Source of the DNA: Vairimorpha necatrix
Lineage: Eukaryota
Assembly: GCA_036630325.1 (NCBI GenBank)
Contig: CP142728.1
Span: 186,001-250,000 of the forward strand
DNA: 64,000 bases
Direction of reading: 5' to 3'
Part shown: piece after piece, positions 35,044-45,549 of the stretch
Layout: every line of letters begins with the position of its first letter
Numbering within the stretch: position 1 is the stretch's first letter
The notes under the pieces: generated by a model
The model's input: only the letters and a program-made list of their open reading frames with translations
Database searches by the model: none
What the model was told of the DNA's origin: nothing
Position numbers and translations under genes: made by a program

Positions 35044-36120
35044 ATGAAATTTAAGAAGAAGATTTTAGATTCTTTAAAAGGAAAAAATAAATATAATTAT
35101 GATGAGACGATAGTCTCTGAAGATCCATTTGATATTTTTTACTCTGATTTTCCGCATACTGAGGAAGTAGACGAGGAAAAGGCAAGTCCAAAAACAAAGA
35201 AAATTAAAGATAAAAACCCAGACGAGAAAGACAGCATAAAAAATAAAGACGAAGAAAAAGACAGCCTCAAGAAAAGCAGCATAAAGGAAAATAAAAAAGA
35301 AAACCTTATGAAAGATAGCATAAAGATAAATAAAAAAGACAACCTTAAGAAAGATAGCTCAAAAAATAAAGACGAAGAAGAAGAAAATGTCAAGAAAAGC
35401 AGCATAAAGGAAAATAAAAAAGACAACCTCAAGAAAGACAGCATAAAAAATAAAAAAGACAGCCTTAAGAAAGATAGAATAGACAAAGAGGACATCATAA
35501 AAGACGATGATTTCTTGACTAATTTATTAAAGCCTAAGTCTCATCTTAAAGACCCTCAAATAATAATCCCAGAAATTATCAATTCTTTAGAATTTTACTC
35601 TTCTAAAAATATCAAACTGACCCCTTTGGAAATGTTTAAATTTCCTCACATCTCAGATATAAAATACGAAGAAGGAGACATTTTCAAATCTCTTTACTCG
35701 CTTTTTATCAGAACCCTTTTACTAATTTCCAAGTCTAAACAGGATTTTATCATGAAGTACAAATCAGACATCTTAATTTATAAAAATGACGAAATGTTAG
35801 TCACTAAAGGCCTAGAAAGATTACTAAAGATTAATGATATTAATTATGAATTACAAGGAGATTTCCTTAGTATTAAGAACATAGATATGAAAATATTAGT
35901 AGATTATCTTGTCAATGAGCCTTTTAATAGTTCATATGTCTTGCCTTTTATAATGTCAAGGACTAGATTTATAAATGGGATATTTTATGAAGTGAATATT
36001 AAAAAAGGCCAGGCGCCTGTAAAAGACAATGATATGATTTTATATAAATATATTTTAGAGGGGCCTTTTTATAGCCAAGATTATTTAGAATATTTTGAGT
36101 ATAAATATAAAAAGAAGTAG
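35044..36120 (+). CDS. Probable DONSON/humpty-dumpty-like replication protein with a K/D/E repeat insertion
   Basis: The start is probably ATG 35044 (after CCCC). C-terminal half has FKSLY, VTKGLERLLKINDINY, LPFIMSRTRFING and YILEGPF, resembling DONSON motifs recalled from memory. The ORF is clear; the product is an inference. Confidence 0.55.
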   Translation: MKFKKKILDSLKGKNKYNYDETIVSEDPFDIFYSDFPHTEEVDEEKASPKTKKIKDKNPDEKDSIKNKDEEKDSLKKSSIKENKKENLMKDSIKINKKDNLKKDSSKNKDEEEENVKKSSIKENKKDNLKKDSIKNKKDSLKKDRIDKEDIIKDDDFLTNLLKPKSHLKDPQIIIPEIINSLEFYSSKNIKLTPLEMFKFPHISDIKYEEGDIFKSLYSLFIRTLLLISKSKQDFIMKYKSDILIYKNDEMLVTKGLERLLKINDINYELQGDFLSIKNIDMKILVDYLVNEPFNSSYVLPFIMSRTRFINGIFYEVNIKKGQAPVKDNDMILYKYILEGPFYSQDYLEYFEYKYKKK

Positions 36121-36157
36121 ATAAAAAAAACAAGCGTATGCTTTCCCGTTTTGAAAA

Positions 36158-38788
36158 TCATATATATAAAAGAATTTTATTTAATTTTTTACCCCTCTTT
36201 TTTGTAGTTTTGAAATTTCTTAACGATATGTTTTGAGCTTATTGTTTTAAAATAATAACAAATATAGATTTAATGTTTCAATTTGATAATTGTAGGTGCG
36301 TATACTTCATGTTAATACTTTTTAATTTTGATTATTATTTTTGTTAAACTCAGTTCAAAAATATCGTCAGAATCGTTTTTTAGAATTTATTTAACCCTTC
36401 TAGAAAAAATTCACAAAAATATGTACCAAAAAAAAGTTGAATATAAGTATAAAAAACTACATTTAAAAACATTCTAGAACTATCATATTGGATTTAACAT
36501 AATAATTTGATGCGAATCCTGCATTCAATTTTTGCATTAGAAATAATTTTAATGTTTTTAAAATTGCACTCCCCCTTTCTTTTTAAACTAAATATGGCAA
36601 TTTAAAAAAAACAAAGGAGGTACATACCATAAACAAAGCATATAAATCCCGTTTTCAAAACGGGAAAGCATACGCTAGTCATCATATATATAAAAGAATT
36701 TTATTTAATTTTTTACCCCTCTTTTTTGTGACTTTGAAATTTCTAAACTTCATATTATAGCTTATTGTGTTATTGTAATATCAAATATAAACTCAATGAA
36801 GTATTTTGACTATCGTAAGTGTGTATGTTATAAGATGATACTTTTTTGTTTTAATTATTATTTTTGTAGAACTCAGTTCCAAAATATCGTCAGAATCGTT
36901 TTTTAGAATTTATTTAACCCTTCTAGAAAAAATTGACAAAAATAATAACCAAAGAAAAGTTGAATGTAAGTGTCAAATTTTAAACGTATAAACATAATAA
37001 AGTTATCAAATTGGATTTTATAGAATAATTTGATTTTAAATCTATATTCAAGTTTCGCATTAAAAATAATTTTAATGTTGTTAAAAATTGCATTTCCCCT
37101 TTCTTTTCAAACCAAATATGGCAATTTAAAAAAAATATAAGGAGGTACATACCATAAACAAAACATTTAGATCCCGTTTTCAAAACGGGAAAGCATACGC
37201 TAGTCATATATATAAAAGAATTTTATTTAATTTTTTACCCCTCCTTTTTGTGGTTTTGAAATTTCTTAACGATATGTTTTGAGCTTAATGTTTTAAAATA
37301 ATAACAAATATAGATTTAATGTTTCAATTTGATAATTGTAGGTGCGTATACGACATGTTAATACTTTTTAATTTTGATTATTAATCTTGTTAAACTTAGT
37401 TCCAAAATATCGTCAGAATCGTTTTTTAGAATTTATTTGACCCTTCCACGAAAAATTATAAAAAGATTTAACCAATAATGATTTTGATGATAAGTGTCAA
37501 AAATTGAGCTTAGAAGTTCCCGAAATTATTTCATTATGACTCAAAAGTGTTTTTAACTCAACTTTACTCCTAATATGCTACTAAAAAGTATTTTTGAAAA
37601 AGATGATTTCATCCTATCAAATTCAATCATCCCAAAATGGAAACTCACCAAAATTCACCGAGGCGGGACATATTATAAAACAAAACATTTAGATCCCGTT
37701 TTCAAAACGGGAAAGCATACGCTAGTCATATATATAAAAGAATTTTATTTAGTTTTTTGCCCCTATTTTTTGTGATTTTGTAAAATCTAAACTTCTTATT
37801 ATAGCTTATTGTGTCATTGTAATATCAAATATAAATTTATTGCTTTAATTTGACTATTCTAAGTGTGTATGTTATTAGTTAATACTTTTTAATTTTGATT
37901 ATTATTTTTAGAAAACTCAGTTCCAAAATATCGTCAGAATCGTTTTTTAGAATTAATTTAACCCGTCCACGAAAAATTTTAAAAACAAAATACAAAGAAG
38001 AAATTGAATGTAAGTGTCAAAAACTGGGCTTAAGAAGTTCTTAAAATTATCTCACTGAGTTTATTAAATGTTTTAAAACAACTCTACTCCTTATATGTTA
38101 CTAAAAAGTATTTCTAATAAACATGCCTTTACCCTGTCAAATTCAATCATCCCAAAATGGAAACTTAACAAAATTTACTGAGACTGGACATATTATAAAA
38201 CTAAACTTTTAGATCCCGTTTTTAAAACGGGAAAGCATACGCTAGTATAATATAATATAATATAATATAATATAATCATATATATAAAAGAATTTTATTT
38301 AATTTTTTACCCCTCTTTTTTCGTGGTTTTGTAAACTTTAAACTTCTTATAACAGCTTATTATATTATTGGAATATCAGATATAAACTCAATAAAGGATT
38401 TTGACTATCATATGTGCGTGTACTGTATATTAATACATTTTGATTTTAATTCTTTGTTTTGTAAAACTCAGTTCCAAAATATCGTCAGAATCGTTTTTAA
38501 GAATTTATTTGACCCTTCCACAAAAATTCATAAAACAATTAACCATTTCGGATTTCGAATGATAAGTGTCAAATTTTGAACTAAAAAACATTTAGAAGTT
38601 ATAGCAATGAATTTTTTATAATAATTTGAATCGAATTCTATATTTAAGTCTGCCACTAATATAATATTTACTGTTGTTAAGAATTATATTCTCTTCTTTT
38701 CTTATTCCAACCCAAAATGGTGATCAAAAGAAAAATGCAATGCGCACACATATTAATCCCGTTTTCAAAACGGGAGAGCATACGCTAG
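36158..38788 (+). mobile_element. Tandem array of five ~520-bp non-autonomous Helitron-like elements
   Basis: Units: 36158-36678, 36682-37203, 37204-37725, 37726-38245, 38276-38788. Each starts TCATATATATAAAAG and ends with the hairpin CCCGTTTT(c/t)AAAACGGG, a 10-nt spacer and CTAG. No TSDs and no long ORF. Confidence 0.85.
38246..38275. repeat. (TATAA)6 microsatellite; a second (TATAA)6 lies at 38789-38818
   Basis: Read directly from the sequence. The two tracts flank Helitron unit 5. Confidence 0.9.
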
Positions 38789-38963
38789 TATAATATAATA
38801 TAATATAATATAATATAATAATAATGTTATATTATATAATATGTACTATAATATATAAATATTGTTATATAATATTATAATGTGTAAATATTATAATTTG
38901 CTTAGATATTGTTATATAATATATAACATATTGTTTTATAGTACAATTATTTAATAGAATAAT

Positions 38964-39722
38964 TTAATTATAAAGGTCGTAGACAGAATAAAAATCATTT
39001 CTGTAGAAGCTTGTTATACCCAATTTATCACATTTCTCAATATAAAGACTATACGCCTTTCTTCTCTCCTGTGTATCTCCCTGTACTTCTTTTATAAGTC
39101 TATGATGTAAATTCTGATCACTTGTGCTTTCTTGATCTACTGCCTTTTTAGGCAGACTTACTTTATTAATCTTCTTATCAAAATTATCTCTAACAAAATT
39201 AAAAACAAGTCTCATGTCTCCTGTACGCCCAAACATCTTAGAAATGATCTTCTTATCATCATCACTTAATATTTCACTATTTATCTCTTGACATTTTAAA
39301 TTTAATATTTCTAAAATATCTCTACTAGTGTAAGTAGGCAGAGAAATATTTAAGCCACTAGATTTATTCAGATTATTACTTAGAGTAATAAGCTTCATTT
39401 TATTAGATTTAATAAAATTTATTACAAATTTGGAATCAGGAATCTTATCAAATTCGTCTATAATAAACAGTTTACATTTCTTATTTGCCAAGATTTTCTT
39501 CTTTATTTCGTCAGTGTAGGCATTTAGATAAATATATTTCTTATTTTTACAGACAAATTTAGTGATACTTGTTTTACCACTGCCAGGGTTTCCAGTTAAG
39601 TGGAGAATAAAATCTTTCTTATCTTCAAGGAAAGATTTAATGTTTTCTAGTATTTCATTTCTCAAATAAAAAGACTGGGAATTTAGAGAGAAAACTTCCT
39701 GGACTTTTTTATGGAGTGACAT
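38964..39722 (-). CDS. CDC6: Cdc6/Orc1-like AAA+ ATPase, reduced
   Basis: LHLTGNPGSGKT, IYLNA, IIDEFD, LITLSN, PTYT..I..IL, GDMR sensor-2. CCCCC before the ATG. Confidence 0.82.
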   Translation of the reverse strand: MSLHKKVQEVFSLNSQSFYLRNEILENIKSFLEDKKDFILHLTGNPGSGKTSITKFVCKNKKYIYLNAYTDEIKKKILANKKCKLFIIDEFDKIPDSKFVINFIKSNKMKLITLSNNLNKSSGLNISLPTYTSRDILEILNLKCQEINSEILSDDDKKIISKMFGRTGDMRLVFNFVRDNFDKKINKVSLPKKAVDQESTSDQNLHHRLIKEVQGDTQERRKAYSLYIEKCDKLGITSFYRNDFYSVYDLYN

Positions 39723-39744
39723 TGGGGGTAAAATAAAAAAAGAA

Positions 39745-39815
39745 TGCGAATAGCGGGAGTCGAACCCGCACCACCAGATTATGAGACTGATACGCTACCG
39801 CTACGCCATACTCGC
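39745..39815 (-). tRNA. tRNA-Met(CAT), elongator type
   Basis: Acceptor GCGAGTA/TATTCGC-A, anticodon loop CTCATAA, T arm GCGGG-TTCGACT-CCCGC, downstream T-run terminator. Confidence 0.93.
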
Positions 39816-39991
39816 TCATTAAAATGATTTTGTATTATAAATTACAGTATAAAAATAAATGCATATATATAATAAATCTATTTTATAATGCTATTTATAT
39901 ACATAAATTTATTAGGAATGTAGTTATTAAATCTTAAGTGATATTTCTATAAGTAATTATAAAATCTAATTCCTCTTTTTATCCCTTCTTT

Positions 39992-42730
39992 ATGAATATT
40001 GATAATTCCTTAGATTGCATTCCTTTTTCAGATTTCCTTTTATTCTTCGACATACTAATAAATCAAGATATAAAAATGCCTTCTCACATTTCATTCTCCA
40101 AATTACCTTCAATAAAATCATTAGAAAATAATTTACAAATTTCTGACTTAATAAAATCTTCTATAATTTACTGCATAAACAAGAATATTCCAAATGTAAT
40201 CACTAGAGGCTACAAATTATCATATGATAAATTACTAGTAAATGGACCTAATAATTTAATAAGCATATTATTGACTTATGATAAATTATTAGAAATAATA
40301 GGCGACGAATTATTTATGAAGATTTTAGTGGAGTGCAGACTTTTCTGCGAAATGGAAGGCAAAGACGAGAGCAGAAATTTACTGATGATTTGTGGGAATA
40401 TGAAAAATGAGAAGAAAAATCTGCGCATAAACAGACACAAATTATTTTATAAAAATAAACAAGAAATAAAAATATACCCAAGGGAACTTATAGAGAAATA
40501 TAACAAGAAAGAAGAAAGTAACAACCCCAATAACAAAAGTTACATAAATAATATAAGCATAAATAATATAAGCATAAATAATATAAGCATAAATAATATT
40601 AGCATAAATGAAGAAGTATTTAGAAAATGCCAAGAAAAATACACAAAATTAAAAATAGACAAATTATTCTACAAATACATGAAAGAAGTAAAAAACCAAA
40701 TAGACCCACAAATATTAATTAATTTTCTATTTTGTGTATCAAAGAAGATCTTACCAAATATTTTCGACAGATTTAATTTCAGGATTCTTAAGCAGAAGAT
40801 AGTTTTGTTGGTTTATAAAAACAAATTCGAGTCATTTAGTGAAGAAGAAATAATAAGACATTTTAAGATAACAAATTTCAGATTTTTTAGTAAAAGAAAA
40901 GTCTATAAAGATTTTAAAGATAGCATAAATGGAAAATCTAATCTTATGGATTCTATGAATGGAAAATCTAATCTTATGGATTCTATGAATGGAAATTATA
41001 ATCTTATGGATTGCATGAATAAAGAAGATATAAATTTATGCATGAATAAAGAAGATTTAAATTCATGTATTAATGACAGTGGCATGAATAAAGAAGATAT
41101 AAATACATGTATAGATGACATTAGTTGTAAATATTCTCATACTCGTAGAGATTACACATTCATGATGCAGTTCACTAAAGAATATTTATTCTTCTTATTC
41201 AATGACTTCTTCATTCCTCTGATTAATAAGTTCGTCTACTGCACAGAATCTTGTTCTACAAAATTCAAGTGCCTTTATTTTAAAAGACACACTTTTTATA
41301 AATTCTCAGACGAATGTGCCAATATTCATTTATCAGATACTAAGAAATATAAACTTCTTAGTAAAACTAAGAAGTTTCCCAATAATATAAGAATTATTCC
41401 TAAACAAGAAGGAGGCCGAGTGGTCGTAAATTTAAATCTCAATTCTGATTTAAATATTTCCAATTTGAGCTTAAGAAATGTTTATGAAATTATTAAGAAA
41501 GAAAACAGGAAGAAACTTATGAATTCCATGTTGGGATTTGAAGACATGGAGGAATTTATTTATCCACTGATAAATAGAAAAAGGCTTTATTGTATGAAAG
41601 TAGATGTAAAGAAGTGTTTTGATAATATTCCTCATGAGTATATTGAGAAGATAATAGAGAAGATATTTAAAGAAGAACATTACTATATAAGAACATTTCA
41701 AGAGTCAAGAACTACTACTAGTACTAGTAGTAGTAGTAGTACTAAATATAATAATACTAGTAGTAGTCAAACAAATTATAATCTTGTTACTAGTAGTACT
41801 AAATATAATAATACTAGTAGTACTAAATATAATAATAATAATAATACTAGTAGTAGTAATTATAAGAAAATAATTACTTATGAAGTTTTAGAATATTCAG
41901 AATATTTTAGAATGTTCAAAGATAAAATTATTATTGACGAGTCAAATCTCAAGGAATATTCAAGACAAGAATTAATCAAATTTATTAAGAAATCTCTCCT
42001 AGGGAACAAGATTTCTTATAAAAATCTCCTCTACAGGCAAATTCAAGGGATTCCTCAAGGGAGTATCTTAAGCACAATATTCTGCTCTTTATATTTCGCC
42101 CAATTAGACAAGAAATATTTCAATAATATTTTCAAACAAGGAAAACTTATCAGATTTGTAGATGATTTCTTAATTCTAAGTCCCTGTAAAGAAGAAATCT
42201 TAAGATTTATAAAAATCTCGACTTTATTGAAAAATAAAGGCGTCATTTTCAACACTGAGAAAACAGAAACAAATTTCGACATAAAAGAAACAAATTTGAT
42301 ACTAAGAAATACAGAGATGAATTATTTAGGAATGAAGATTATTACTAAAGAAGATAATGTTTTCTTTAAGAATAATTTACAAGATAAGAATATTCAATAT
42401 GGAATATATTCCCCGTCTCATAATATAGGGAATATGATATTTAAGAAGATGAGTAGATTTATAGACACAAGGACTTATATCTTAATAAATAAGGAGAATA
42501 AGAAAGTGTATGAGAATATTTATGATACATTAGTAATTTATATTTGGAAATTAGAGATACTTTTTAAAAGAAGCATATTTGTAAATAGAGAGTATTATAG
42601 TAAAATGATAAGGTATGGAATAAAGAAGATGAAGATGATATGTAAAAAGAGAGAAATAAAGATAAGTCAAGAGACACTTCAAGAAATGATAAACAACATT
42701 CTACAAAGAGGAAGTAGACAAGTTATATAA
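39992..42730 (+). CDS. TERT: Telomerase reverse transcriptase
   Basis: TEN-like NVITRGY/IIGDELF, T motif FVYCTE..LYF, motif 1/2 IRIIPK.GRVVVNL, A KVDVKKCFDNI, B' QGIPQGSILS, C IRFVDDFL, D FNTEKT, E YLG. Confidence 0.95.
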   Translation: MNIDNSLDCIPFSDFLLFFDILINQDIKMPSHISFSKLPSIKSLENNLQISDLIKSSIIYCINKNIPNVITRGYKLSYDKLLVNGPNNLISILLTYDKLLEIIGDELFMKILVECRLFCEMEGKDESRNLLMICGNMKNEKKNLRINRHKLFYKNKQEIKIYPRELIEKYNKKEESNNPNNKSYINNISINNISINNISINNISINEEVFRKCQEKYTKLKIDKLFYKYMKEVKNQIDPQILINFLFCVSKKILPNIFDRFNFRILKQKIVLLVYKNKFESFSEEEIIRHFKITNFRFFSKRKVYKDFKDSINGKSNLMDSMNGKSNLMDSMNGNYNLMDCMNKEDINLCMNKEDLNSCINDSGMNKEDINTCIDDISCKYSHTRRDYTFMMQFTKEYLFFLFNDFFIPLINKFVYCTESCSTKFKCLYFKRHTFYKFSDECANIHLSDTKKYKLLSKTKKFPNNIRIIPKQEGGRVVVNLNLNSDLNISNLSLRNVYEIIKKENRKKLMNSMLGFEDMEEFIYPLINRKRLYCMKVDVKKCFDNIPHEYIEKIIEKIFKEEHYYIRTFQESRTTTSTSSSSSTKYNNTSSSQTNYNLVTSSTKYNNTSSTKYNNNNNTSSSNYKKIITYEVLEYSEYFRMFKDKIIIDESNLKEYSRQELIKFIKKSLLGNKISYKNLLYRQIQGIPQGSILSTIFCSLYFAQLDKKYFNNIFKQGKLIRFVDDFLILSPCKEEILRFIKISTLLKNKGVIFNTEKTETNFDIKETNLILRNTEMNYLGMKIITKEDNVFFKNNLQDKNIQYGIYSPSHNIGNMIFKKMSRFIDTRTYILINKENKKVYENIYDTLVIYIWKLEILFKRSIFVNREYYSKMIRYGIKKMKMICKKREIKISQETLQEMINNILQRGSRQVI

Positions 42731-42991
42731 AGATCAAGAAGATGGTGTATATTTAAAGGCTATTTTCTTAAAATTGAGTCTAGACTCATTAAGTCTAGCT
42801 TAATTATAGGTTTGGCTTTTATGATTAAGCTTAAATTACTTGTAAGCCCGCTCTTATAATCAAGCTTGCCATAATTTTAGAAGCCTGTCTTTTATAATTA
42901 AACTAGACTCAATCTTAAGAGTCTAGACTTTATTTTAATAGCCTGCCTTTTTTGAATAATATTAACTTAGAATTCTAGAGCCCTTTTAAAA

Positions 42992-44095
42992 ATGAATGTA
43001 GGGACAAAATTAGAAAACGAAGAAAAAATCAAAATTTACAAGAGAATTAATGAATTACTAAAAATAGACAACCCTGTAAATTCTTATAAATTTATAGGAA
43101 ATCATCCCATTTCCCTTACAAATGACAATATCATTTTACTCCTTAAAGAGGACTATATGGTATGTGAGAAATCTGATGGGGTGAGAATGATTTGTCTTGT
43201 AATAGATCAGAAAATATATTTTTATGATCGAAAAAATGAGATATATTTAATAAAAGATCAAACTAAAACTATAGATAATACAAATGTAGATAATAATGAC
43301 AATGTAGATAATACAAATGTAGATCAAACTAAAACTGTAGATAATAATACAAATGTAAATATATATACAAATGTAGATAATACAAATGTAGATAATGCAA
43401 ATGTAGATAATAATTACATTGTTGATGGTGAATTATTTTATGATAATTCGGGTAAATTAAATTACGCTGTCTTTGACTGCTTACTTTTTAATAATGAAAA
43501 TGTCTGTGATAAGAATCTCTTAAAGAGACTTGGTTACGCTGATTTATTCATTAGAAATCTAATTTACAAAGGAGATATAAATTTCTACCTTAAAATTATG
43601 TATAAATCTTACGGATTCTTAGAAATTTACAATCAGATCAAAAATCTAAATCATAAAAATGATGGTCTAATTTTCACTCCTTGTTTTGAGAAATATATTT
43701 TATATAAAAGAGGTTTACTTTTAAAATGGAAACCTCCTTCTATAAACACGATAGATTTCAGATTAGTAAAAAGATCTAAAGGGATTTATAGCCTAGAATG
43801 TTCATATAAAAATAATGAGATAATTTTTGATTATTTTGAAAGTGATCATGAAGATTTAAATAATAAAATTGGGGAATTTATATTTGATAAAGATAGAATT
43901 ATTAGAGATATTGAGAATGAGATAAATATCCTAGGAGGATGGGTATTATATAAAATAAGGGATGATAAAGATACACCTAATCATTATAGAGTAGTAAATA
44001 ATATATTAGAAAGTTTAGAAGATAATTTAGATATAAATGAGTTATCAAGATATTACAAGCCCATGAGGCACAACACGAAGCACCGTATGAAATAA
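42992..44095 (+). CDS. CEG1: mRNA capping enzyme, guanylyltransferase
   Basis: Motif I VCEKSDGVR, III VDGEL, IIIa AVFDCL, IV DGLIF, V LLKWKP, VI IRDDKDTPN. Confidence 0.95.
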   Translation: MNVGTKLENEEKIKIYKRINELLKIDNPVNSYKFIGNHPISLTNDNIILLLKEDYMVCEKSDGVRMICLVIDQKIYFYDRKNEIYLIKDQTKTIDNTNVDNNDNVDNTNVDQTKTVDNNTNVNIYTNVDNTNVDNANVDNNYIVDGELFYDNSGKLNYAVFDCLLFNNENVCDKNLLKRLGYADLFIRNLIYKGDINFYLKIMYKSYGFLEIYNQIKNLNHKNDGLIFTPCFEKYILYKRGLLLKWKPPSINTIDFRLVKRSKGIYSLECSYKNNEIIFDYFESDHEDLNNKIGEFIFDKDRIIRDIENEINILGGWVLYKIRDDKDTPNHYRVVNNILESLEDNLDINELSRYYKPMRHNTKHRMK

Positions 44096-44109
44096 AAATA
44101 GTTGATGAA

Positions 44110-44290
44110 TTTAATAAGATAAATTATAGATAAGATAAGATATAAGATAAGATAAATATAAATATAAATCTAAGATAAGATATAAGATAAATTAAAGATA
44201 AGATAAGATAAGGTAATAATCTACCTATATTTAATAAGATTAGATAAAAATAAGATAAAATAAGATAAGATAAATATAATAGATAATAAT
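44110..44290. repeat. Degenerate (GATAA)n microsatellite tract
   Basis: Repeated taaga/gataa units between the convergent CEG1 and LRR genes. Confidence 0.8.
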
Positions 44291-44337
44291 CTACATATAT
44301 TTATTAATTATAGATAAATAGGGTAAAATATTCAGTT

Positions 44338-45549
44338 TTATTGATGAACAAATTCCTTGTTATAACAAATTACGGAACAACAAACTTTCTCTACTACAAA
44401 GACAAAGTGCTCATCTTCCTCTACACTCCGGGGACTGTAAATATAATAAGGAAAATTAACATAGAAATTATGACACACATCACAGACTCTTATCTTCTTA
44501 AATAATACATTAATATAAGGATTAATCTGATATTTAAGATTTAATATCTTATTATAACACTTCTCTAATAAAGAAATCTTAAGAGGCCTTAAATCTCTGG
44601 GCTTATTATAAGGATTATCACTTATCTTTATAGTACTCGCATTACTAAAAATCTTGAAAAATTTAAAAGGTACAAAATCAAGCTTATTGTCACTTAAATC
44701 TATCATATTAATTTGAGATTTAATAAATTCAATCTTCTCTATTTCTATCTTATTAATTTTATTACTCTTTAAATTTAAATATCTAAGATTTGGTAAATCT
44801 AATAAAAAATCAGGAAGCTTATCAATTTCATTATCTGAAAAATCTAATTTCTCTAAAGATTTACAATATCTTAAAGATATTTCTATATCTTTAAGATTAT
44901 TCTTAAAAATTGGTAAAATTCTCAATTTATATAATTTATCCATACAAGGTAACTCTACTAATTTATTCATTCCTAATCCTAATTCCTCTAAATGTATCAA
45001 ATTATTAAAATTACTTGGTAATTTTAATAATTTATTATTTGATAAATTTAACCAATTTAAATAAGTCAATTCACAAATCTCATCTGGTAAACTTGTCAAT
45101 AAATTATTTGATAAATCTATCTTGACAAGATTCCTTAAATATTTTATATCAGGAAGAATCTTCTTAATTCTATTACTAAAAAAACCAAATTTCCTTAAAT
45201 TTATCATTTTGTAAATATTAAAAGGAATTTCATCAAATTCATTTTCACTTAAACCTAGGCCTGTGATTTTATTCAAATTATGAAAATTTACTGGTAAATT
45301 TTTCAATTTATTTCTAGTGAAATCTACCCATGTTAAATTTTGTAAATTACAAATTAATGGACTAATTACTTGTATTTGATTATCATTAGCAGCAAGTCTA
45401 GTCAAATATTTCAAATTTTCTATTTCATCAGGAATACGTCTTATTTTATTATCAGAAATTATTAACCAACTTGTTTTTACATTTATTTTTGTGTATTGGA
45501 TTTCTGTAAGATCACTTTTGGAATAATCTGTGGAAATTATTTCTGACAT
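44338..45549 (-). CDS. Leucine-rich repeat protein with a C-terminal Cys cluster
   Basis: Many LxxLxLxxNxLxxLP repeats. C-terminal CDVC...CCSVIC. Confidence 0.92.
   Translation of the reverse strand: MSEIISTDYSKSDLTEIQYTKINVKTSWLIISDNKIRRIPDEIENLKYLTRLAANDNQIQVISPLICNLQNLTWVDFTRNKLKNLPVNFHNLNKITGLGLSENEFDEIPFNIYKMINLRKFGFFSNRIKKILPDIKYLRNLVKIDLSNNLLTSLPDEICELTYLNWLNLSNNKLLKLPSNFNNLIHLEELGLGMNKLVELPCMDKLYKLRILPIFKNNLKDIEISLRYCKSLEKLDFSDNEIDKLPDFLLDLPNLRYLNLKSNKINKIEIEKIEFIKSQINMIDLSDNKLDFVPFKFFKIFSNASTIKISDNPYNKPRDLRPLKISLLEKCYNKILNLKYQINPYINVLFKKIRVCDVCHNFYVNFPYYIYSPRSVEEDEHFVFVVEKVCCSVICYNKEFVHQ

Noticed and set aside
36158-38788. CRISPR-like interpretation of the repeat array
   Set aside because: Eukaryotic context, ~520-bp period, intervening sequences homologous to each other, and no cas genes. 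The termini fit Helitrons.
42735-42990. Telomerase RNA or telomeric repeats beside TERT
   Set aside because: I saw no TTAGG arrays or convincing template here, only degenerate short repeats.
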